A stretch of 64,000 nucleotides of DNA from Candidatus Latescibacterota bacterium (GTDB taxonomy: Bacteria > Latescibacterota > UBA2968 > UBA8231): positions 1,536,001 through 1,600,000 of the forward strand of contig OZ242005.1 in NCBI GenBank assembly GCA_965204725.1, in the 5' to 3' direction. The position numbers were made by a program, and so were the translations under genes. Positions 8,881-16,139 of the stretch are shown one piece after another (within the stretch, counting starts at the first letter, position 1; the number at the start of each line of letters is the position of its first letter). The notes under the pieces are model-generated. The model was given only the letters and a program-made list of their open reading frames with translations. It was not told the origin of the DNA and did no database searches.

Positions 8881-11784
8881 TTACTTGATCAAGGTCAGGT
8901 GTTTGGTGGCCCGGTAGGCTCCGGCGTGGAGTCGGTAGAAATAGGGGCCGCTGGCGACCGCGTGGCCGGCGTCGTCGCGTCCATCCCACTCGGAGCGGTA
9001 GCGGCCGGCCGCGAGTGGGTGGGAGACCAAGGTGCGGACCTTTTGGCCGATCGCGTCGTAGATGGCTAATTCGACCGCGGCTGGGGCGGCTAGCTGGAAT
9101 TCGATGGTCGTGACCGCATTGAAGGGGTTGGGGTAGTTCTGGTCGAGGGCAAAGGCCGCTGGGGGGACTGCTTTGGCCGGGGCCGCGTCTAGATTAGCGA
9201 TCCAGGCTGCGATGAGATCGGCTCCTTGTTGGTCGATGACGGACGAGGCCAGCGGCGGCATGCGAAAGGTGCCCAACGTCAGCAGCCGCAGATAGAGCGT
9301 GGAAAGCTGCGGGGCACCGGGGGTGAGGATGAGGGCCTCGGGCTCGCCCAAGTCGCCGAGCGTGGGGAACGCGCCAACCGCATTGGTTTCGGCTAAGGGC
9401 GTGTCGTAGCGCAGGTCGAGGATGGTGCGGCCGACGCTTTCGGGCCGGTGGCACGGTGCGCAGTTGACGTGCAGGTACGAGCGGGCGCGCAAGTTGAGCG
9501 GGACGCTGGGGTCAAAGGGGTTGGGCAGGCGGGGCAAGGAGGACAGGTCGGCTGGCAACTCTGCGGTGAAAAGGCCCTGTTGGGCGAGGGTGTGCAACTG
9601 GTTTTGCTCCGCGCTGGTGTTGAGCTGGGGCGTTTGGACGCCGAGGACATGGCCCGCGCCCTTGGTGTGGCAGACTGTGCAGTCTGGGCGCGAGGGAAAG
9701 TAGTACTCCTGCAAGAGAAAGCCCACTGGGTCTTGCGGGTCGTCAATCACATATACAGCGGTCGTGCTGTCGGCGAGCAAAAAGGCGTCGGTGCCGGATT
9801 CGTTCCACTGATAGCTATATCCGTCCCAACCATGCTCGCGCTTGAGGAGGAAGCGCGTTTCAATGATGCGCCGACTGGCTGGGTCGCCGCGCACCAAGTC
9901 GAGGTAAAAGTTCTTGATCAGGAGGGTCTGGTCGGGAAAGCCCCAAGGGCCGCGGTCGGCAAAGTCAATGCGCTGGCCGGGCGGCAGGCGAATAAACCGC
10001 GTTTTGGTCGCGCCGTCGGACCAAAACGGCGCGTTGACTTGGTATGGGACTACGCCGGCCGCTGGGGTTTGCGTCGCCAGATCGCTGAAAACCTGTGCGT
10101 CGGCCAAGCGGGCGGGCGGGAACTCTGCCGGGGGCAGGACGATTTCCCACAGCCCGCGCTTGCCGCCCCATTCGATCACGTAGAGGCGATGGCCGATGAT
10201 TTCCGCGTCAATGGGGTTGGAAAACCCGCCTACGAGACGGGTGACGTGCGCTTCGTACTGGTCGCCGACTTTGGTCAAATCGAGGTGCAGCAAGTCTTCA
10301 CTGGGGTCGTTGAACGGGCCGTTGACGCTGTCGCCGTTGGGGTCGCCGGGCGTCCAACTGAGCGTGAAGCCGTCGCCGCGGAACGGCTCGGCGAGGGCGT
10401 GGTCACGGTCGAACACCAAGCCGAGCGGCGAGCGGTGCGCGGTGAAGGTGCCGAAGCGTACGCCCTCGTCGCTGGCGTCTTTGATGCGACCGTCGGCGGG
10501 ATCGCGGTAGGCGTCGGCGTCGGGGCCGAGGTTGATCACTGGGTCGGTGAAAGCGCGTGGCGGGGGCGGGTATGAGGGATCGTTGTGGTAGTAGCCTTCG
10601 CGCACGGCCGTGGAGTGCGGGGAGAGCAGGAAGTCGGTGGCTGGGTCGTAGTCGGGAAATTGCTGGGGGGTGTCTTCGAGTCCCATGCGCCACGGGAAGC
10701 CGTAGTGATGGCCTTGGCGCAGCCAGTTGAGTTCCTCGGCCATGTCGCGGCCCGGCCCGTTTTCCGTGGCGAAGAGGTCGCCGTTGGGTGCGAAGGCAAG
10801 GTCGTAGGCGTTGCGCAGCCCTTCGGCAAAGAGGAAGCCTTGGTCGAGCAGGGCATAGCGGTCGTTGGGCAGGACGAGGTCGCGGGCATCGGTGGGGACG
10901 CGCAGGATAATCGCGGTGAGCGCGGTTTCGCGCAGCCCGGGGAAGGCTCCGTTGCCGTCTTGGATTTCGCCGTGATCGGTGCGGGAGCCGCTGTTGATGA
11001 ACAGGGAGCGGTTGTCCGGGCTGACGACTAGTCCGTTGACCTCGTGATTGTAGATGCAGTCGCACCGCGCGTAGGGGACGGTTTCCGCGAGGGTGAACCA
11101 AGTGCGCTCGCCGCTGGTTGGATCGACCTCGCCCTTGGTGATGGTGGCGATGTTGTAACCGGACAGGTCGATGCGCTTGAGGACGTAGAAGGTGCCGTCG
11201 TCGTCGATGAACAGCGCGCTGGGGCGGTTGAGGCCGTGATCGGCTGCTGTGTACACTGTGCCCTCTGGGACGAGGGTAATGTCGCCGTTGGGCTTGAGCG
11301 CGTAGCGGATGTTGGTCGTGAGATCGCGACCAAAAACGGTTGCGGCGAGGATGTCGTCGATGGGGATGTCGTCGGGGAGGTTGTCCGGGTTGAGCGGTTC
11401 CCATTGCCGCTGGTGGGGGTCGTCGCCGAGCAACACGCCGCGTGCGAGGGCAAATTGACCGCTGTCGCGGGGACCGTGGCGGTTGGACGCCAAGTAAAAC
11501 GAGCCGTCCGGGCCGATGGCAAAGCCGGTGAAGCCGCTGCGGATGCCGTGATCGCGGTGGGAATAGGCTGGGACGCGCTCGGCCGCCGCTAGGTCGATGC
11601 ATTCAATCGCGCCGTCCTGCCGCAAGAGATAGAGCGCGTCGTCGTGCGGATCTTTGGCGATGCGGATGGTGCCTTGGGCGACGCCGAGGATGCGGCGGAT
11701 TTCAAGGTCGTCGCGGGTGGCCTGCGGGTCGGCGTAAGCAGTGGAGCAGAGGACGACGAGCGCGCCGAGGACCGCAAGGTTCAT
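8881..11784 (-). CDS. PQQ-dependent glucose/sorbosone dehydrogenase-like beta-propeller + diheme cytochrome c + FlgD/T9SS-A-like tail
   Basis: ATG at 11784 (ATGA overlap). Signal peptide. AEGLRNAYDLAF, TENGP...EELN, HYGFPW motifs. Haem motifs CTVCH and CAPCH in a PFWSDGATK...RMPP domain. NYPNPFN...WDGRD tail. Confidence 0.85.
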   Translation of the reverse strand: MNLAVLGALVVLCSTAYADPQATRDDLEIRRILGVAQGTIRIAKDPHDDALYLLRQDGAIECIDLAAAERVPAYSHRDHGIRSGFTGFAIGPDGSFYLASNRHGPRDSGQFALARGVLLGDDPHQRQWEPLNPDNLPDDIPIDDILAATVFGRDLTTNIRYALKPNGDITLVPEGTVYTAADHGLNRPSALFIDDDGTFYVLKRIDLSGYNIATITKGEVDPTSGERTWFTLAETVPYARCDCIYNHEVNGLVVSPDNRSLFINSGSRTDHGEIQDGNGAFPGLRETALTAIILRVPTDARDLVLPNDRYALLDQGFLFAEGLRNAYDLAFAPNGDLFATENGPGRDMAEELNWLRQGHHYGFPWRMGLEDTPQQFPDYDPATDFLLSPHSTAVREGYYHNDPSYPPPPRAFTDPVINLGPDADAYRDPADGRIKDASDEGVRFGTFTAHRSPLGLVFDRDHALAEPFRGDGFTLSWTPGDPNGDSVNGPFNDPSEDLLHLDLTKVGDQYEAHVTRLVGGFSNPIDAEIIGHRLYVIEWGGKRGLWEIVLPPAEFPPARLADAQVFSDLATQTPAAGVVPYQVNAPFWSDGATKTRFIRLPPGQRIDFADRGPWGFPDQTLLIKNFYLDLVRGDPASRRIIETRFLLKREHGWDGYSYQWNESGTDAFLLADSTTAVYVIDDPQDPVGFLLQEYYFPSRPDCTVCHTKGAGHVLGVQTPQLNTSAEQNQLHTLAQQGLFTAELPADLSSLPRLPNPFDPSVPLNLRARSYLHVNCAPCHRPESVGRTILDLRYDTPLAETNAVGAFPTLGDLGEPEALILTPGAPQLSTLYLRLLTLGTFRMPPLASSVIDQQGADLIAAWIANLDAAPAKAVPPAAFALDQNYPNPFNAVTTIEFQLAAPAAVELAIYDAIGQKVRTLVSHPLAAGRYRSEWDGRDDAGHAVASGPYFYRLHAGAYRATKHLTLIK

Positions 11785-13740
11785 TTGAGCAGCATAAGCT
11801 GCCGGGTGGCGACAAAATCGCCGGCCGATAGCCGGTAGAGATACGCGCCGCTGGCTACCCGCTCGCCGCGCTCGTCGCGGCCGTCCCATTGCTGGCTGTG
11901 CGGCCCGGCGGGCAGAGCACCGCTGAATAGGGTGCGTACGCGCTGCCCGCCCACGCTGTAAATGCTCAATTCGACTTGGGACGGCAGCCCGAGTTGGAAG
12001 GCAATGGTGGTGCTGGGGTTAAAGGGGTTGGGGAAGTTTTGCGCCAATGCAAACGCGGCGGGCACCACGCCTTCGGCCTCGGCCACAGCGGTCTCGGTAG
12101 CTTGCGGCAGGGTGATTTCCCACAGCCCGCGCTTGCCGCCCCATTCGATCACGTAGAGGCGATGGCCGATGATTTCCGCGTCAATGGGGTTGGAAAACTC
12201 GCCTACGAGACGGGTGACACGCGCTTCGTAATTGTCGCCGACTTTGGTCAAATCGAGGTGCAGCAAGTCTTCACTGGGATCGTTGAACGGGCCGTTGATG
12301 CTGTCGCCGTTGGGGTCGCCGGGCGTCCAACTGAGCGTGAAGCCGTCGCCGCGGAACGGCTCGGCGAGGGCGTGGTCCATGTCGAACACCAGTCCCAACG
12401 GCGAGCGGTGCGCGGTGAAGGTGCCGAAGCGTATGCCCTCGTCGCTGGCGTCTTTGATATGGCCGTCGGCTGGATCGCGGTAGGCGTCGGCGTCGGGTCC
12501 GAGGTTGATCACCGGGTCGGTGAAAGCGCGTGGCGGTGGGGGGTATGAGGGATCGTTGTGGTAGTAGCCTTCGCGCACGGCCGTGAACCCGGCCGGGAGG
12601 AGGGAATCGGTGGCTGGGTCGTAGTCGGGAAATTGCTGGGGGGTGTCTTCGAGTCCCATGCGCCACGGGAAGCCGTAGTGGTGCCCTTCGCGCAGCCAGT
12701 TGAGTTCCTCGGCCATGTCGCGGTCCGGCCCGTTTTCCGTGGCGAAGAGATCGCCGTTGGGCGCGAAGGCGAGGTCGTAGGCGTTGCGTAGCCCCTCGGC
12801 AAAGAGGAAGCCGGCCGTGCGGAGGGCGTCGTGGTCGTTGGGCAGGACGAGGTCGCGGGCATCGGTGGGGACGCGCAAGACAATCGCGGTGAGGGCGGTT
12901 TCGCGCAGCCCGGGGAAGGCCCCGTTGCCGTCTTGGATTTCGCCGTGATCGGTGCGGGAGCCGCTGTTGATAAACAGGGAGCGGTTGTCTGGGCTGACGA
13001 CCAGTCCGTTGACATCGTGGTTAAAGATGCAGTCGCACCGCTCGTAGGGGGCGGTTTCTGCGAGGGTGAACCAAGTGCGCTCGCCGCTGGTTGGATCGAC
13101 CTCGCCCTTGGTGATGGTGGCGATGTTGTACTTGGATAGGTCAATGCGCTTGAGGACGTAGAAGGTGCCGGCGTCGTCGATAAACAGTGCGCTGGGGCGG
13201 CTGAGGCCGTGGTCGGCTGCTGTGTACACTGTGCCTTTTGGGACGAGGGTAATGTCGCCGTTGATCCTGAGCGCGTAGCGGGTGTTGGTCGTGGGGTCGC
13301 GGCCGAGGCTGGTCGCGGTGAGGATGTCGTCGATGGGGACGTCGGCTGGTAAGTTGTCCGGGTCGAGCGATTCCCATTGGCGGGTGTCGTCGTCGATCAA
13401 CACGCCGCGCACGAGGGCGAATTGGCCGCTGTCGTGGGGGCCGCGGCGGCTGGACGCCAAGTAAAACGATCCGTCCGGGCCGATGGCAAAGCCGGTGAAG
13501 CCGCTGCGAATGCCATGATCGTCGCTGGAGTATGCGGGCGCGTGTTTGGCGGTCGCTAGGTCAATGCGAGCAATCGTGCCGTCTTGCCGCAAGGTGTAGA
13601 GGGCGTCGTCGCGTGGATCCTTGGCGATGCGAAGGGTGCCTCGGGGGAGGTTGAGGATGCGGCGGATTTCGAGGTCGTCGCGGAAGGCTTGCGGGTTGGC
13701 ATAGGCGGTGGAGCAAAGGGCGGCGAGGGCGAGGGCAAAG
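10141..13740. repeat. Near-identical tandem duplication of the GSDH coding region (about 10141-11770 vs 12114-13740)
   Basis: Long stretches of nucleotide identity at offset 1973 bp, e.g. gatttcccacagcccgcgcttgccgccccattcgatcacg at 10141 and 12114. Confidence 0.9.
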
Positions 13741-13760
13741 GCGAGGGAACGGGTGAACAT
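11781..13760 (-). CDS. PQQ-dependent glucose/sorbosone dehydrogenase-like protein with FlgD/T9SS-A-like tail
   Basis: Signal peptide, the same GSDH motifs and an NFPNPFNPST...WDGRD tail. No cytochrome domain. Confidence 0.85.
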   Translation of the reverse strand: MFTRSLAFALALAALCSTAYANPQAFRDDLEIRRILNLPRGTLRIAKDPRDDALYTLRQDGTIARIDLATAKHAPAYSSDDHGIRSGFTGFAIGPDGSFYLASSRRGPHDSGQFALVRGVLIDDDTRQWESLDPDNLPADVPIDDILTATSLGRDPTTNTRYALRINGDITLVPKGTVYTAADHGLSRPSALFIDDAGTFYVLKRIDLSKYNIATITKGEVDPTSGERTWFTLAETAPYERCDCIFNHDVNGLVVSPDNRSLFINSGSRTDHGEIQDGNGAFPGLRETALTAIVLRVPTDARDLVLPNDHDALRTAGFLFAEGLRNAYDLAFAPNGDLFATENGPDRDMAEELNWLREGHHYGFPWRMGLEDTPQQFPDYDPATDSLLPAGFTAVREGYYHNDPSYPPPPRAFTDPVINLGPDADAYRDPADGHIKDASDEGIRFGTFTAHRSPLGLVFDMDHALAEPFRGDGFTLSWTPGDPNGDSINGPFNDPSEDLLHLDLTKVGDNYEARVTRLVGEFSNPIDAEIIGHRLYVIEWGGKRGLWEITLPQATETAVAEAEGVVPAAFALAQNFPNPFNPSTTIAFQLGLPSQVELSIYSVGGQRVRTLFSGALPAGPHSQQWDGRDERGERVASGAYLYRLSAGDFVATRQLMLLK

Positions 13761-13842
13761 GGGGTCCTTTCGGGGAAGGTGAGGATAATTGGGCTAGCTA
13801 ATCGGGCGTTTACGCCAGCGGGATGCTACAGGTTCCGCGAAA

Positions 13843-14259
13843 TCAAAGTTCACTCAAGGCTTCACGTATAAATGTATCCGGCAGTTGGTCCGTATGTGGA
13901 TACCGCTTGCGCCGATGTTTGCCGTTCATGTTGACGGAGCACAGGGCACCGCCATCCGATTCGCACAATAACGCAACTGAACACCGAAACCCACCGGGAA
14001 TAGAGATGGCAATAACCCCCTCCGGCAGGAGTTCCACCAGATATTGACGGGGCAATATGTCATAGGTTGCTCGTATCAGACGATCCGCGTTGGCAATAGC
14101 CAATTCGGAAGGCGGCGCAATGCCTTCTTCTTCGGCCTCGTCGTTTATCGTGTGCAGATCGTGTAGGGCTTCGGCGAGCGGGGCGGGTACGTCTTCTTCC
14201 GTTGCGCTTTTAGCGGGTACGGCATCGAGAAACGCCCTGCTCGTTGTGTCCTGTGTCAT
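13843..14259 (-). CDS. Hypothetical protein, copy 2
   Basis: AAAGGAG RBS then MTQDTTSRAF. Nearly identical to 14402-14836. Confidence 0.75.
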   Translation of the reverse strand: MTQDTTSRAFLDAVPAKSATEEDVPAPLAEALHDLHTINDEAEEEGIAPPSELAIANADRLIRATYDILPRQYLVELLPEGVIAISIPGGFRCSVALLCESDGGALCSVNMNGKHRRKRYPHTDQLPDTFIREALSEL

Positions 14260-14387
14260 GGAACGGCTCCTTTCACTATAGCCTGCCAAGGATCGAGGTT
14301 CCCGTTTTTAGCTTGACGTGCATATTTGCTTGAAAATACGCCCCGCCCCAAAGTCTCGTTCGGAGATATGCTCTGAGGGAGGCTCAT
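14256..14387 (-). pseudogene. Truncated ORF (43 aa) cut at a REP-end sequence
   Basis: Hand translation MSLPQSISPNETLGRGVFSSKYARQAKNGN-LDPWQA-IVKGAVP*. LDPWQA is encoded by an 18-bp match to 8745-8762. Confidence 0.5.
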
Positions 14388-14401
14388 GAGAACCAACCGA
14401 T

Positions 14402-14836
14402 TTACTCCTGTCCCAGTTCACTCAAGGCTTCACGTATAAATCTATCTGGCAGTTGGTCCGTATGTGGATACCGCTTGCGCCGATGTTTTCCGCTCATGTT
14501 GACCGAGCACAAGGCCCCGCCATCCGATTCGCACAATAACATAACAGAACGCCGAAACCCACCGGGAATCCTGATAGCAATAACCCCCTCCGGCAGGAGT
14601 TCGACCAGATATTGACGGGGCAATATGTCATAGGTTGCTCGTAGCAGACGATCCGCGTTGGCAATAGCCAATTCGGAAGGCGGCGCAATGCCTTCTTCTT
14701 CGGCCTCGTCGTTTATCTCGTTAAGATCGCGTAGGGCTTCGGCGAGCGGAGCGGGTACGTCTTCTTCTATTGCGTTTTCAGGGAGTACGGCATCAAGAGA
14801 CGCCCTAAACGCCCGGCTCGTTGTGTCCTGTGTCAT
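14402..14836 (-). CDS. Hypothetical protein, copy 1
   Basis: 144-aa ORF with RBS AAAGGAG. Duplicated downstream. Confidence 0.8.
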   Translation of the reverse strand: MTQDTTSRAFRASLDAVLPENAIEEDVPAPLAEALRDLNEINDEAEEEGIAPPSELAIANADRLLRATYDILPRQYLVELLPEGVIAIRIPGGFRRSVMLLCESDGGALCSVNMSGKHRRKRYPHTDQLPDRFIREALSELGQE

Positions 14837-14978
14837 GGAACGGCTCCTTTCACTATAGACGCTTCATATCCGATGCGTTTCCGTGGTATTGTGAACACCT
14901 CGGCCAAAACGTCTTTGCCTATGCAATCGGCCCAAATATAGTCTGCCCGGATGCCTATGTCGAATAGACTAGGGCAGT

Positions 14979-15085
14979 CTAGAAGGTGTCAATCCGCGTC
15001 TTTTTGCCGCCGTGGACATGTCCCGAAAAACCGGCAGGTTGTCGGAGTGAAAGATCGTGCCGGGCTGGACGTTGAGGTGGGTCAT
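14979..15085 (-). pseudogene. Chimeric remnant: N-terminus of an N4/N6 DNA methyltransferase joined to the 3' end of a type IIG R-M gene copy
   Basis: ATG at 15085 reads MTHLNVQPGTIFHSDNLPVFRDM (GDNL.VL-type MTase start). 14988-15017 matches 16146-16175 at 29/30 nt (VHGGKKTRID). Confidence 0.65.
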
Positions 15086-15105
15086 GGTTGGTCGCCTTTC
15101 TCATC

Positions 15106-15936
15106 TTAAAATGAGTGATGTGAAGATCCGCCCTTCATCGCCATCTCTACTGTTTCGTCGATCAGGTCCATGGGCACAACCTCGATCAGATCTGCCGTTT
15201 CCTTGCCCTCGCCTATTGGGGAGAAACTACGTTTCATTACCATCCCAATTAGCCAAGCACCCGGCACTGCTTGCGTACCCTCAGCGGCCCCCATCTCTGG
15301 CTTTGTTATAACAGGCCCTCCGCTGTTCCCGGGGAATCCAGACCCATCCACCAAGAATGTGTCGTGGTCGCTGTCTATCCACCCTTGAATCTGAGCCAGC
15401 ATTCCGTGCCTCACAATCGGATAGTCTTGTTTTCCTGCCCTCCATCCGATTGGGAACCCGAGCACAAATACTTCGCCGCCTTCGCTAAGGCCAATTTCTA
15501 CGGCATCTGCTCTTTTAAGCGCATTTCCAACTTCTACAACACCTGCTCCCCTTAGCACCTTCCCTCTTGCGGCAAAAGTCTCCCACTGAAGCCCCTTTTT
15601 TTCAAAGTCTTCCCATACTGCCGGGATAACTGCCACGTCAGCTCCTGGGTGCAGCGTCCACTCATTGCCTTCACTCTGTCGAATATTGAAGGTCTGCTTC
15701 CCTTGGTTGCCGGATTTGTTCAGCCGCACCATCATGTCTGGCTGAATAGCGTGTTTGCATGTCACAAGCCAGAGCCTGTATCCATTATGCACCTGTTTGT
15801 CTGAAATAGGATAGGCATATAGAAACCCTGTCGCTGTTTCGGACATTGGCTCTCCTGTTACTAATAATCTTCCTATGCCGGTCATCTCTCCTAGTGCAAC
15901 AACTGATTTCAGATACTTGGGTGGCAATAAAGCCAT
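15106..15936 (-). CDS. Trypsin-like serine protease (no signal peptide)
   Basis: Catalytic triad motifs LVTCKH, ADVAVI and GFPGNSGGPV. Confidence 0.85.
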   Translation of the reverse strand: MALLPPKYLKSVVALGEMTGIGRLLVTGEPMSETATGFLYAYPISDKQVHNGYRLWLVTCKHAIQPDMMVRLNKSGNQGKQTFNIRQSEGNEWTLHPGADVAVIPAVWEDFEKKGLQWETFAARGKVLRGAGVVEVGNALKRADAVEIGLSEGGEVFVLGFPIGWRAGKQDYPIVRHGMLAQIQGWIDSDHDTFLVDGSGFPGNSGGPVITKPEMGAAEGTQAVPGAWLIGMVMKRSFSPIGEGKETADLIEVVPMDLIDETVEMAMKGGSSHHSF

Positions 15937-16139
15937 GAGGCATCTCCTTCTTTTGAAAAAGTGAAGGGTCCAGCCGATTGGCGGCCCTAGTCAACTACCT
16001 ATCGCCGCATGTTGTTTCTACTTGGCTAATCGCCTTTGCAGCCCCCTTGACTCGCACAGCCTCTTGGCGGCGATAGACTGCCGCCGCCGCCCGTTGCTGC
16101 TCTCGGCTCAAGCAAAGGACAGATAGGTTGTATCCCACG

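Noticed and set aside
10141-13740. Near-identical repeats as a DGR template/variable pair
   Set aside because: Both copies are full coding paralogues longer than 1 kb, mismatches do not look adenine-specific and there is no reverse transcriptase in the window.
14833-14990. About 50 open codons upstream of the duplicated gene (..GYEASIVKGAVP*)
   Set aside because: No convincing start and no recognisable motif; it cannot be supported as a gene remnant.
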